DNA of 63,883 nucleotides, filler included, from Octopus bimaculoides (taxonomy: Eukaryota): assembly GCF_001194135.2 (NCBI RefSeq). It is 7 parts of 6 records of this genome, joined end to end, with 100 filler letters (N's around TTAATTAATTAA, not from the genome) between each part and the next. Parts side by side here need not be neighbours in the genome. Positions count along the whole stretch, not along the records: positions 11,693 to 38,195 come from NC_068991.1; 6 more parts are not named here. One strand, 5' to 3'. The notes under the pieces are model-generated. The model did not search any database, had not been told where the DNA came from, and saw only the letters and a list, made by a program, of their open reading frames with translations. Numbering within the stretch: position 1 is the first letter of the stretch; every line of letters starts with the position of its first letter. This document shows, one piece after another, positions 12,001 through 24,200 of the stretch. Made by a program: the position numbers and the translations under genes.

Positions 12001-12739
12001 CTATGAACACAATTTTCTTCTTTTCTCTTTCCCATCGACACACACACGCAAACACACACACAAAAAACACACACTCACACACACACACTCTCCCTCTCAC
12101 TTTTCCCTCCATTCCTCATCCTCTCTTACTATCCTATATATCTCTCTCTCCATCCCTACACACTCAATAAAACTATATAAAGAGACCTCGCCGCAAGGTG
12201 AGCTCAAAACAATTTGAAAATCCTACACGATTAGATTAAAAGCGCTTTATTTAATTTATAAAACATGTGACATTAATAAAAATCTGTAAATGTACAAACA
12301 TCCAGATTTCTGAGTACCTTANNNNNNNNNNNNNNNNNNNNNNNNNNNNNNNNNNNNNNNNNNNNNNNNNNNNNNNNNNNNNNNNNNNNNNNNNNNNNNN
12401 NNNNNNNNNNNNNNNNNNNNNNNNNNNNNNNNNNNNNNNNNNNNNNNNNNNNNNNNNNNNNNNNNNNNNNNNNNNNNNNNNNNATATATAGAACACACTG
12501 ATAATGAAGAGGAGAGTGGAGATTTTATTCACATCCTAAACATTTATTTAAAAGTTTTCTACAGCATATACATTTGACCCACATATGTTTCAACTGCACA
12601 TTGCTTTGTATGCAATTATGCATTCTAGTAATTGCAATTTCTTCAAGGGTCCATCACTCACAGCAATTTCAAAGTGAACTGATTCAAACAAGCATCCTGT
12701 GTTGGTATTCAATTGATGGTTCTATAAGGTTTTTGCCTT

Positions 12740-14600
12740 ATTATTTCCTAGTCAATTGAATATACTTTATCACTATCTTTTAGTGCCCAAATTAGTTTAC
12801 TAAGGCTAGTAGTATTCATTTTGTCCTTATATCTAAACGAATTTAAATGATTAACAATTCTTTGGTCGATATAACATGAGCTCTGATATAGAAGTACTCC
12901 TTATTCTCTGAGGTAACCTTAAATCTGTATAAAATATTTTTATAGCTACAATTAGAGTTAAGTGGGCAAAGCCTGTTCTTTGCACAAATGTATTTGATAG
13001 TTCTACTAATTCCATTAATAGTCTCCACTTCTGCTTCACTAGAGTGATTTCTAAACTCTCCTATCTATCTTATAAGCTATTACTCTCTCCACCATAGACA
13101 ACATTCTGAGTACTGCACTTTCTAAGATTCACACCTTCTACTTCCAGGCTAATGCAGGACTTTGTTCAGGTAGCTTCTATTTTATTGGTTGTCAAACCAT
13201 AGTTCCTATCCTGATACCTAGTTGGGTTACTTATGGTTTGTTCGCTCATGATGGCGTTGTTGTTATTTATAGATCTATAATTATTATTCTGGTAACCATT
13301 GTTGATATTGTTTATATGGAAACTGTTTAATCTACTTGTGCTGTGTGCTGCTATAATTTATGGTAGATTTTTGCTATTAGAAAAGGCTAGTGTAATCCTA
13401 TGTTTATTAAATATTCTATAGTATTTACTGTTGTTTTGAAAATATTGAGCCAATGTCAAGTAGAACAATTTTTAGGTATATTGGAAATTATTTGTTTTAC
13501 AAAAGGAATTATATACCACACAATATTGCTAGAGGTACCTATGTTATTGAGCTATGTATTTTTATTTTTACCTAAGCTTTTTGTAAAAGTGTGTAATCTA
13601 TTTATCTGGTTTTTATTTCAGCATTGGGTTTGTTTGCTATTATATTTGATTGTGTAGTACTATTGGCAGATCTTATATATTGGTTACCTCTCCTATCTGA
13701 ATGAGACCTCTTGGTCGGTCCATTCTTATCTAAGTCACTTAGACTTAGCACTTTATTTGGCACAAATTCATGTAAATTTCTACTCTGCTTTTTGGTTCTA
13801 GGTACTCTATTGTTGTATTCTAATTGCATGAACTTTCTATCTTTAATTCTTCCCACTATCCATACTTGGTTGTTAGTGGTATTCTTCATATTATATATTC
13901 TATTTTGATTATTGCTAAGACGGTCTATCCCATTACGTTTATTATTTCTATTATTACTATCATTAAAGAATAATAATTTTTCTCTATATCCTGCCTTCTC
14001 TAATGCTAAATTATAAAAGTCCTCGTTTAGTTTAAATACTTCCTTATTCACTGAGAGGTTAGTAATGCAGATTGATATATTTTCTACTATAGATCGGGTT
14101 ATGCATTTTGGGTGATTGCTATTTTTATGAATATATCTAAGGTTCATATTAGGCTTGTGATATGTCCTTATATATGTGCTTAGATCTAAATTAACATCAA
14201 AAAAGTTAACTGAGTTATGCTCCTCTTCTATCGATATTGAAAGTCCTGTTTTTAAGAAATTAAAAAAAAACTTTTTCCTATCTCTTTCTATGTCCCAGTT
14301 TGAGGGGGTAAACAAGATGAAAAGTGTATCATCTCTGTATAGACCCCCTCCTATTTCAGGAAGTTCCTTATACAGGCAGAATAAAATGTACATCCCTATT
14401 AAGTCTGTTACTTGTGCAGAGTCTGTCAACCCCATAGTTGTATTGAGCATCTCAGATCTATCCTTTCACACCCAGTACTTTCCCTCAATGTTATTAAATA
14501 CTCCATGGAATATTTGAAGTTCTGAATAGCGATGAGTGAAGTTTACCAGTACTATTTTGTCCCTATATCTAAGCTTGAGTACTATATAATAGATTGTTTA
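12740..14600 (-). mobile_element. Penelope-like element, RT plus C-terminal GIY-YIG, 5' truncated and frameshifted
   Basis: RT motifs TMG..DSAQVTDLIGMYIL, GLYRDD, VNFFDVNLDL, YHKPN..YIHKNSNHP; thumb NIVWYIIPF; endonuclease CAKNRLCPLNSNC..NILY..YFYIRA then NHLNSFRY..TSLSKLIWALK. Confidence 0.85.
13602..14450 (-). pseudogene. Penelope-like reverse transcriptase ORF fragment
   Basis: 282-aa ORF containing GLYRDD and SNHP; downstream domains are in other frames. Confidence 0.85.
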
Positions 14601-14677
14601 GGATAGCTGGCATCTATTTCAATTTGAGAGACAATATGGTATCCGCCAGGATAACTTATCCCTTTTATACTCTATAT

Positions 14678-14958
14678 AGTGTCTTCTGCTGTAACCTCGG
14701 GCTGACCAAAGCCTTGTGAGTGGATTTGGTGGATGGAAACTGAAAGTAGCCCATGTATATATCGATATGAGCATGTGTCTTTGTTTATACCCCCATCACC
14801 ACTTGACAACTGGTGTTAAAATGTTTATGTCCCAATAACTAGTGGTTCAGCGAAAGAGATTGATAAAATAAGTACTAGGCTTCGATTTGTTTAACTAAAA
14901 ACTCAAGGTGGTGCTCCAGTATGACCGCAGTCAAATGACTGAAACAAGTAAAAGAATA
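14678..14958 (+). mobile_element. SINE family A
   Basis: GACCAAAGCCTTGTGAGTGGATTTGG core and GGTGCTCCAGTATGACCGCAGTCAAATGACTGAAACAAGTAAAAGA tail. Confidence 0.85.
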
Positions 14959-15026
14959 TATATGTATATTTCCGGTTTCGTTGAAGAAAGACGTGCTTTT
15001 TCGATCTCCTGAAACAACCCAAAAGA

Positions 15027-15398
15027 GATTGCATAAATCGACGATAAAATCTGCTAAAACTGACAAAAACGTAGACCTTGTTATATAACATTCTACTGTA
15101 ATATACTAATTAAAAAAACGTAATATATTACTCTAAAAGTTGAATATATTACATTAAAGTCAGCGACACAAGCTAGAGTTATCGTCGAAAAACCACGTGG
15201 TTACAAGGGATTGCCTAAATCGACGAAAAATAAATGTGCTAAAACTGACAAAAACGTATTACTTGTTACTTCATAACGGTCTACCATAATATATTGATTA
15301 AAAGAAAAAAAGTAATATATTACACTAAAAGTTTAATATAGTACATTAAAGTCAGTGACACAAGCTAGAGGTAGCGTCGATAACCGCGTGGTTACAAG
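15027..15398. repeat. Tandem dimer of a ~185-bp unit
   Basis: Both units start GATTGC.TAAATCGACGA and end GTGGTTACAAG (15027-15208, 15209-15398). Confidence 0.9.
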
Positions 15399-16156
15399 TC
15401 GTAGTTTTATTTGCAGTCGAATGTAAGAAGCAAAAAAAGAATTGTTTTTGAAAGAAAACTTCGTACAAGAACAAGGATTTGGAATTTTACCTCTTACGAA
15501 TAAGTATCCTTTTCATTTGTTTATTTTCCTTTAACTTAGATAACATTTGAGTTACGACTTAAGCTTTGTTTACTTTCTGAGAATTCTCACTATAATTTTC
15601 ATTCAACTTTTATTACAGCGACCACTTAGCTTTGATTCTCTTTGAAAAATAAAAACCATTACAAAACCCTTTTCTGTTCACTATCGTTTCTTTTTTTCAC
15701 TTTATCTCTTTACAATTATTTGAATTACAAATCCCATTTAGAATTACAAATTTTCGTTTTTCGTTTTCCTATACATCTTCGTTACCTGCTCCCACTCTCT
15801 TTCATAACTACCGCTTCCTTTCTCCCTCCCTTTATCTCTTTACACCTACCTCTCTCCTCTCTCTCTCTCTTCCATATCTTACTCTTTTTCTCATCTCTCT
15901 CCCTTGCTTTCATATCTTCTTTTCTCAGTTCTCTTTCCTTTCCTTTGTATTTCACATCTTCCTCTCCTCCTGTCACCTCACCCTCTATCTTTCCTTCATA
16001 TCACCCTCTCTTTTTCCTTCATATCTCCCTCTCTCTCTCCTTCATATCTCCCTCTCTCTTTCCCTATGCCCCCCTCTGTGTTTCTTCTTTTCTACCTCCC
16101 GCTATCTTTCACTTCCTCTCTATCCTCTACTCCCCTTCTGGGCTTAAAAAACGAAA

Positions 16157-18073
16157 ATGGCACCAAAGTGGGAGAAGAAAGAATTAAATCTTCTGTTGCG
16201 AGCATGGACGATTGCTAGTGGTGATCTGCCAAACAACATCATCACTGCTGCACTGTAAAACAATGGCTTTCACAGAACCACTGATAAGATAGAGCGGAAG
16301 AAGAATGAATTCCTCCGCTCGTATGCACTCATCAGACCACACATTGACACCCTGGATGTCATAACCAAAAACTATTGTGGAAAGTCTGATAAGGATGGAA
16401 AAGATGAAAAGGAAAAAACACCAGGAAGTCTCTTTGATCCAGTGGCTCCTCAAAAGAATGGATCACCCACCCCTGTGAACGACCAGGCAGAAAAGGATAG
16501 TGGAGCCAAGGAAGCAGCAACTAGTAACCCCTCTATGCCATTGGTCCTACAAAGGAAAGGAGCCCTCACCCCATTGGACAACCAGAGGAAAAAAGTTCCC
16601 ACCACAAGAAAAGGAAGGACGGAACACAAGCATAAAGAAGGAAAGGAAGGAAAAGGAAAATGCAAAAATGNNNNNNNNNNNNNNNNNNNNNNNNNNNNNN
16701 NNNNNNNNNNNNNNNNNNNNNNNNNNNNNNNNNNNNNNNNNNNNNNNNNNNNNNNNNNNNNNNNNNNNNNNNNNNNNNNNNNNNNNNNNNNNNNNNNNNN
16801 NNNNNNNNNNNNNNNNNNNNNNNNNNNNNNNNNNNNNNNNNNNNNNNNNNNNNNNNNNNNNNNNNNNNNNNNNNNNNNNNNNNNNNNNNNNNNNNNNNNN
16901 NNNNNNNNNNNNNNNNNNNNNNNNNNNNNNNNNNNNNNNNNNNNNNNNNNNNNNNNNNNNNNNNNNNNNNNNNNNNNNNNNNNNNNNNNNNNNNNNNNNN
17001 NNNNNNNNNNNNNNNNNNNNNNNNNNNNNNNNNNNNNNNNNNNNNNNNNNNNNNNNNNNNNNNNNNNNNNNNNNNNNNNNNNNNNNNNNNNNNNNNNNNN
17101 NNNNNNNNNNNNNNNNNNNNNNNNNNNNNNNNNNNNNNNNNNNNNNNNNNNNNNNNNNNNNNNNNNNNNNNNNNNNNNNNNNNNNNNNNNNNNNNNNNNN
17201 NNNNNNNNNNNNNNNNNNNNNNNNNNNNNNNNNNNNNNNNNNNNNNNNNNNNNNNNNNNNNNNNNNNNNNNNNNNNNNNNNNNNNNNNNNNNNNNNNNNN
17301 NNNNNNNNNNNNNNNNNNNNNNNNNNNNNNNNNNNNNNNNNNNNNNNNNNNNNNNNNNNNNNNNNNNNNNNNNNNNNNNNNNNNNNNNNNNNNNNNNNNN
17401 NNNNNNNNNNNNNNNNNNNNNNNNNNNNNNNNNNNNNNNNNNNNNNNNNNNNNNNNNNNNNNNNNNNNNNNNNNNNNNNNNNNNNNNNNNNNNNNNNNNN
17501 NNNNNNNNNNNNNNNNNNNNNNNNNNNNNNNNNNNNNNNNNNNNNNNNNNNNNNNNNNNNNNNNNNNNNNNNNNNNNNNNNNNNNNNNNNNNNNNNNNNN
17601 NNNNNNNNNNNNNNNNNNNNNNNNNNNNNNNNNNNNNNNNNNNNNNNNNNNNNNNNNNNNNNNNAGGTTTCATACTCTCAGGAATGACTCATCGCAAGCA
17701 AGCACAGGTGGAGTCCCTGCTCAACTTCACCAATGCCTTATTCCTGGTGCAAGCTGTTCTCAGACCAACTAGAGCAAATAACATTCTGGATCTCTGCTTC
17801 ACGAACAATATGGACATCAGTCATGATGTGAAAGTGACGCCGACATTAGTCTCGGATCACAACATAATAGAGCTGTCTATGTTTGGGTCGAAAGTAACCA
17901 GAGACATACAGCCTAAAGGAAGCACCCGAAATCTCTCCAATCTGAACTTCCCCAAAGCAGACTGGAAATCAATCCAGAAAGAGATCCTCAGAGAAGACTG
18001 GCCAAAATGTCTCTCCATACCAGACATTGACATGAAACTAGAATGTTTCATGTCTATTGTGCAAGCCATATGA
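16157..18073 (+). pseudogene. CR1 N-terminal frame: Myb/SANT-like domain, Lys-rich region, gap, APE endonuclease end
   Basis: ATG 16157 is in frame with track ORF 16442-18073; one internal TAA at 16256; a 994-N gap lies in the middle. Confidence 0.65.
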
Positions 18074-18451
18074 CAGAGATATGTCCCAGAGAACAAGGCC
18101 AAAACAAATAGGAACAAGATTCCAAGGGAGAGGAAGATCCTCATGAGACAACGGACAAAAGTTGCAAATCGACTCAACCAGCATCCCAAAAGTAGCGAAA
18201 GGTCCCACCTAAAAACGACACTGATGGAGATTGAAAAAAGGCTGCAACAATCCTGTGTGAGCAGACAAAGAAGCCTGGGTTAGAAAAACATTAAGTCAAA
18301 ACCAAAGGTCTTTTTTCATTACGCAAAGGAAACAGCCTCAGTACGCTGCAAGATTGGATCCCTCTTCGAAAAGGATGGCTCCCTCACAGACAGTCCAACT
18401 AGGATCAGTGAGGTACTGAATGACCAGTTCAAATGTGTCTTCACTACCCCG

Positions 18452-20133
18452 TTGGAACACAGACAAGTGAATGAACCAGTGGACTTCTTTGCTACCTCTC
18501 CTATAACCAATGAGGCAGTTACGATGGAATACAGTGACATTAGCATAGAAGATGTACTACTAGCTATAGATGAAGTGGACACAAACTCAACTGCTGGTCC
18601 TGAAGGTATCCCAGCAATCCTCCTCAAATCATGTAAGCATGCCCTGGCAAAACCCCTCCAGATCCTCTTCCAGAGCTTTCTTGCAAATGGCAGACTGCTA
18701 AGCAAGCTGAAGGAGAGAATAATATGCCCAATCCATAAAGGGGGAAGCAGAGCAGATGCCAAAAACTATAGGCCTATCTCTCTGACTTCACACATCAGCA
18801 AAGTCATGGAAAGGATAGTCAGAGGAAAACTAATCGCATTCCTTGAAGAAAATAACTTGCTGAGTGACACCCAGCATGGCTTTCAACCAGGTAGGAGCTG
18901 CCTGACCCAGCTCTTACAACATTATGACTGGAAGCAGTTACTCAACAACTCAAATGTGGACGCAATATACCTTGATTTTGCAAAAGCTTTTGGCAAAGTG
19001 GATCATGGTATGATATGCCACAAACTGCATGATCTTGGCATAGCTGGAAAACTTGGAGAGTAGTTACATGACTTTCTGAAAGATAGAAGTCAGGCAGTAG
19101 TGGCTAATGGAGCCACCTCTATGAAAACACAAATAATGAGCGGTGTTCCACAGGGCACTGTCTTGAGACCACTGCTTTTTATAGTGGCCCTCTCAGATAT
19201 GCCCTCAAGTGTCAGGATAGCCACCCATGCAAGCTACGCAGACGATACGAAAGTCTCGCAGAAAATACAGAACCCCAGTGATGTTGCACATCTGCAGCAG
19301 GAGTTGGACTCAATTTACAGATTGGCTGAGGATAACAATATGCAGTTTAATGCTGAAAAATTCCAAGCCCTGCACTACCAACGTCCAAAACTGAATATGA
19401 AACTTACAGAATGCACTGGTCCACAGGGAATTTTAATCCCACAGCCTAAATCAGTGAGAGACCTGGGTATCAACATGAGTGATGATACCTCTTTCCAAGT
19501 GCACATTACCAGGATGGCGACAAAGTGCAGACGACTGGCTGGATGGATCCTGAGAACGTTCAGAACCAGAGATAAGGAAACCATGATGGTTCTCTGGAGG
19601 ACATTTGTCCTCAGCCGCCTGATTACTGCTCACAGCTATGATCACCCATCAGTGTGAAATTAACAGCGGGCCTTGAAGCAATCCAGAGAAGATTCACAAA
19701 GAAGATTGTCTCCTTGCAACTGCTCAGCAACTGGGAAAGGCTGAAACAGTTAAGACTCTACTCCCTAGAGAGAAGGCAGGAGAGGTATGCAGTAATATAC
19801 ATCTGGAAGATCCTGGAAGGAATTGCACCAAATTTTGGCATTGAAAGCTACACCAATGCCAGAACGGGACAACATTGCATAGTGCCAAAGATCCCAGCAA
19901 TGCCATCGTGCTTCAGGACCAGTTACTGCAACAGTTTGGGTTTCAGGGGCCCACAGCTTTTTAATATTCTCCCAAAGAGCCTGAGGAACCTGCACAAAGT
20001 AGATGTAGGGGTTTTTAAATCAAAGCTGGACCTCTTCCTGTCGAGAGTCTCATGGCAAGAGGTGCAAATGAGGGTAGCTACATCAAACTCCATTCTTCAC
20101 CAAGCGCCACATATTGGAGGAGGCTCTCAGTAA
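18452..20133 (+). pseudogene. CR1 reverse transcriptase and C-terminal region
   Basis: Track ORFs 18452-19063, 19100-19657 and 19654-20133 carry consecutive RT motifs broken by stops and frameshifts. Confidence 0.9.
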
Positions 20134-20210
20134 TAGCAGAGTAGAAAAACGGCGGTGCATCAGCATGGCCACAGCTCTGAGCTGAAACTATAGTATAATA
20201 TATATATATA

Positions 20211-21074
20211 CATAGCGTTCAGTCAAAAGTTTTGCAATATTTTGGTAACTTATTTGCTTTATTTGTTACAATAAAAGTAGCTAAGCATCCAAAGAAGAGG
20301 CCATCATGTTGCACTGACTGAAGTTCTATGGTCTGAAGTTCAGTTAGTTATATGGTCCCACTATGGTACCAGTTTTTGTCCTTAGAGATAAAAATCTCCT
20401 TCACTGAAGTTTCCACTTTCTCTTGGTTGATGAAGTGATGCAAGCACATGAAGTGGACCATGAATCAGAACAAGTAATAATCTAAGGGAGTTAGATCTGG
20501 ATTATATGCTGAGTATATTGTCAGTTTGATTCTCTCAATTTCCTGGTATGTAGGGGTTTTTAAATCAAAGCTCACTTTCTGTTAGCCAATGCCAGATATT
20601 TTTGCCACACAATGGCACACATCCACTCTAGATGTTTTGAGTACAGGTTAGCATTGATGGTTTGACCATTTGGAACAAACTCGTAGTGAATTATCCCCTC
20701 ATAATTCCACCAGATGCAGAGTATCACCTTGTGTTCAAAACACTATGGTGACAGGTTCCAGATGCTGGCTGCTTATGCACATTAGGATTGTGGAAAAATA
20801 TTTCCCTTGGAGTATTAGATGTTCTAGTTCGTGGCTCACTTCCTGCACTTGCAACACTCCATCAACCAAGAAGTTGTGGAAGCTTCAGTGAAAGAGTTCT
20901 TCACCTTGAAGGACAAGAACTGATATCAGTGTGGAATCAAAGAACTGGCAGAAAGTGGCTTCAGAAGATGCAACACAATGGCCTCAACTTTGAATGCTAG
21001 GCTGCTTTTGCTTCAACTTAAAGAATAAAGCAAGTAAGTTACTAAAATATTGCAAAACTCCTGACTCAACACAA
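20211..21074. mobile_element. Mariner derivative with two inverted 3' ends (foldback)
   Basis: Minus arm reads KVILCIWWNYEGIIHYEFVPNGQTINANLY and YNPDLTPLDYYLF; plus arm reads VAHFLHLQH..NQEVVEASVKEFF; terminal ~70 bp are mutual reverse complements, TA-flanked. Confidence 0.75.
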
Positions 21075-21076
21075 TA

Positions 21077-21284
21077 CATCAATATACATACGTGTGCATG
21101 CATGCAAGCATGCATGAATGTATACATACATATGTACATACATATATACATACATTCATATATGCATGCATACATACATACATACATACACACACACATG
21201 CATACATACATACACACATACATACATACATACGTACATACATACATACATACATACATACATACATACATACATACATACATA
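21077..21284. repeat. (TACA)n microsatellite
   Basis: Direct reading. Confidence 0.95.
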
Positions 21285-24200
21285 CAAGGAGGTGCCCAAA
21301 AGTAACTGATAATGTTCTCTGATATAAATCTATTGTAGTTCAGGCTTCTGCCACTAGAAGTCACTTGATGAAACCCTCAGGGATCAGTCTGCTGACCAGT
21401 GGCATCAAGTGAGGTCATACTGCCATGTGGTGCATCTTTGTTTTGCAGTGCTTCTCCACTGTGCATTGAGTGTTGCAATGACTGAAACAAAAGAACAGTG
21501 TGCTTCAGTGAGATTCTGTTTTCTGCTGGGGAAAATGGTGGCCAAAACAGTTGTCATGCCTCAAACAGTTTACAAGGATGCTGCCATGAACAAAACTCAA
21601 GTTTACAAGTGATTTCCATGCTTTAGCAATGGTCACTTGTTGCTTGAAGATCAACCTCGTTTGGGATTACCATGGACCTCCTGAATGAATAAAAACACCA
21701 TGAAAATTTATGAACTGATCTTGGAGGACCATTACTGAACAATTGATGAAATTGTTGATTGTTATGGCAAGAATCATTACACCCCCAGTGAGAATGGACT
21801 AGCCAAACTCGTATAAGTAGCAGCATGTTTGACTGAGAGCAAGAGATGGGAAATTGCAAGAAGTCAAATGGTATCGTTCATGAGTTCGTGAAGTCACATG
21901 AAATTGTTGAGTTGTTATAGTTCATTGAGAGTTGTTTTGGATTGGTTACAGTTGTTGGTAGAGTATTTGGAAATACATCAAGTGGAGACAGTTGGTGCCT
22001 ACCCTGTTCCATGATACTATATATCACATTGTATTAGTGCACAGCACTAAGGTGACATATACAGAAATCACATTATAAAAGTGGCAATGAGTGATTTGAA
22101 GCTTATTGTTGGTCATTAACAATATTTTATGATATAAATTATTCATTAATTATAGAAGATCTATTAGCTGACATATTACAGTTGTAAAAGCAACAGCATC
22201 AGCAGCAACAGGAGTTGCACCAACAACTACAATAGCAACAGCTACAACACAAACATTTGATGGAGTCATGGCTAAAGAAGTTGAGAAACACAGCAAGTTC
22301 ATTTTCAAAAGATAGTGCCACGAATGCTATAACAGAATTTAGTTATAGCCTAGAAGAGGGTATAAATTTTACGGTGTACTTCAGAAGATATAAAGAAATT
22401 TTCAAGGAAGAATGCAAGTGTTGGACAGACGATGAAAAAGTGAGACTACTGTCACGGAAATTAGGTCCTTCAGAACAGGAAAAATACTGCAGTTTTATCC
22501 TGCCTAAATAAACAAGTGAAATTTGTTTCGAGGAAAGAATTGAATTGCTATCCAAACTGTTCAGTAATAAGAGTTCCCTGTTTAACACTCAATAGGAGTG
22601 TTTGAACTTAGTAAAAGAAGAGGAGGAAGATATTGTCTGTTATGCCGGAATCATGAATAGAATGTGTGGAAAATTTAAACTGAAGGAATAGTCTCCTGAC
22701 ATGTTTAAATGTCTCATCTTTGTGCAAGGTTTGATAGCAGACAAAGATGCAGAAATACATGCACAGATTCTTATAAAACTAGAATAGGAGGACCAGAATT
22801 TAACCTTGCAGACAGTAGCAGAGGAATGTCAAAGAATTATCAACCTGTGGCTAGATGTAAAGAAAATTGAAACAAAAAATTTCTCTCAAGAACAGACATG
22901 TCAACCAGAAATAAATAAAGAAGAAAAGAATGTTACGATCAAATCCAGGCTATGGGTGTGGAAGTCTGCCTTTTACGAAAGACTGTCCATTTAAAACTCG
23001 GAAATGTTTTAGTTGTCAAAAATGGGACATAAATGCTTGTACTGCATAGCAAAGCAAAAAAGGTCGGGGAAAAAATCCTAAGAAGGTTTGCTTAACAGAA
23101 AAAAGTATGTGTATGTACACCAGTAAAAAAAAGTATGTGTATGTAACTACACATAACTACGATGTGAACATGAAACTACAGCTAGACACAGGTAGTGACA
23201 TTACAATTATTGATACTGACACGTGGAAGAAAATTGGGAAACCTACATTAAAGAAAACATCACAAAGTGTATGAGGCATCACAGGTGAAAGATTACACTC
23301 CTTAAGTGGTAAAACCTGTAAAGCAAAAGTGTTTGTGTTAAAAAATGCAGAACCATTGGAAGATATGGTGATAGCCTCGTTACAAGTGGAAAATTAAATT
23401 AAAAACATTTTGTGTAACATCATTCGGGAGTTGCCAGTAACTGTTCAAGATATAAAATTAAAATTGGAGAATGACAATTTTATTTGCAAAGATGAAAGAA
23501 ACATTGAAGGTAAAAGTAAATAAAAATCTATGTAACACAAATGCAAACCATTTTCCTCTGTGTGATAATGTGTTGATGTATGCACAAAGAGTTGTAGTGC
23601 CAGTTGCAAAAGGACACCCAGGGATTTCAAGAAGGAAATCAATAATGAGGAGTTATGTGTATTGGCCTACTATGGACCATGATATTGAACAATTGGTGAA
23701 ATTCTGCAGAGGTTATGCTCTCACAGCAAAGTCACCACTGGTGAAATTCCAGTCATAGCCTAAGAATGACGGTCCGTGGTCCAGGCAACATATTAATTTT
23801 GCTGGACAGGTAAATGGTGCATATTATCTGATCATAGTAGATAGCTATACCAAGTGGCTGGAGACATGTAAGCGCAGTCAACCAACCTCAAAGGTAACAA
23901 CAAGGTTCCTTCACAAATTTTTTGAGTGATACAGTGTCCTGGACATCATAGTATCAGATAACAGAATGCAGTTTTCAGGGTACAAATTTTAAAATTTCTG
24001 TAAGAGGTATGCAATCAATCACATCTCTACTCTGCTGTATGACATGAGATTAAATGGGCCAGCAGAAAGGTTTGTAGACACATTTAAGTGAGTACTAAAA
24101 AAAATCAGGAAATGAATTAGGCAATGATGCAGCACTAACTTGATTCTTAAAAGTTTACAGGGTAACACCTAACCCAAACACATGCTCAGGCAAGTTACCC

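Larger units (their letters stand above)
15770..20190 (+). mobile_element. CR1-clade LINE, near full length, disrupted (5' boundary approximate)
   Basis: APE end PTRANNILDLCFTN..SDHNII; RT motifs NYRPISLTSHISKVMERIV, QHGFQPGRSCLTQL, DAIYLDFAKAF, SGVPQGTVL.PLLF, YADDTK; CR1-type C-terminus RLYSLERRQERY; CT-rich 5' leader; ends before a (TA)n tract. Confidence 0.9.

Noticed and set aside
12184-12205. CTCGCC-GCAA-GGTGAG GNRA hairpin after a TATA-like run
   Set aside because: A single 6-bp stem with no further structure; compatible with chance.
12600-12740. Minus frame HQLNTNTGCLFESVHFEIAVSDGPLKKLQLLEC
   Set aside because: Not recognised; it abuts the decayed Penelope 3' end and has no convincing splice pair.
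12740-14600. Selenocysteine recoding, as in Naiad elements
   Set aside because: Stops are mixed TAA/TAG/TGA with frameshifts, the domain order is not Naiad-like, and no SECIS is evident.
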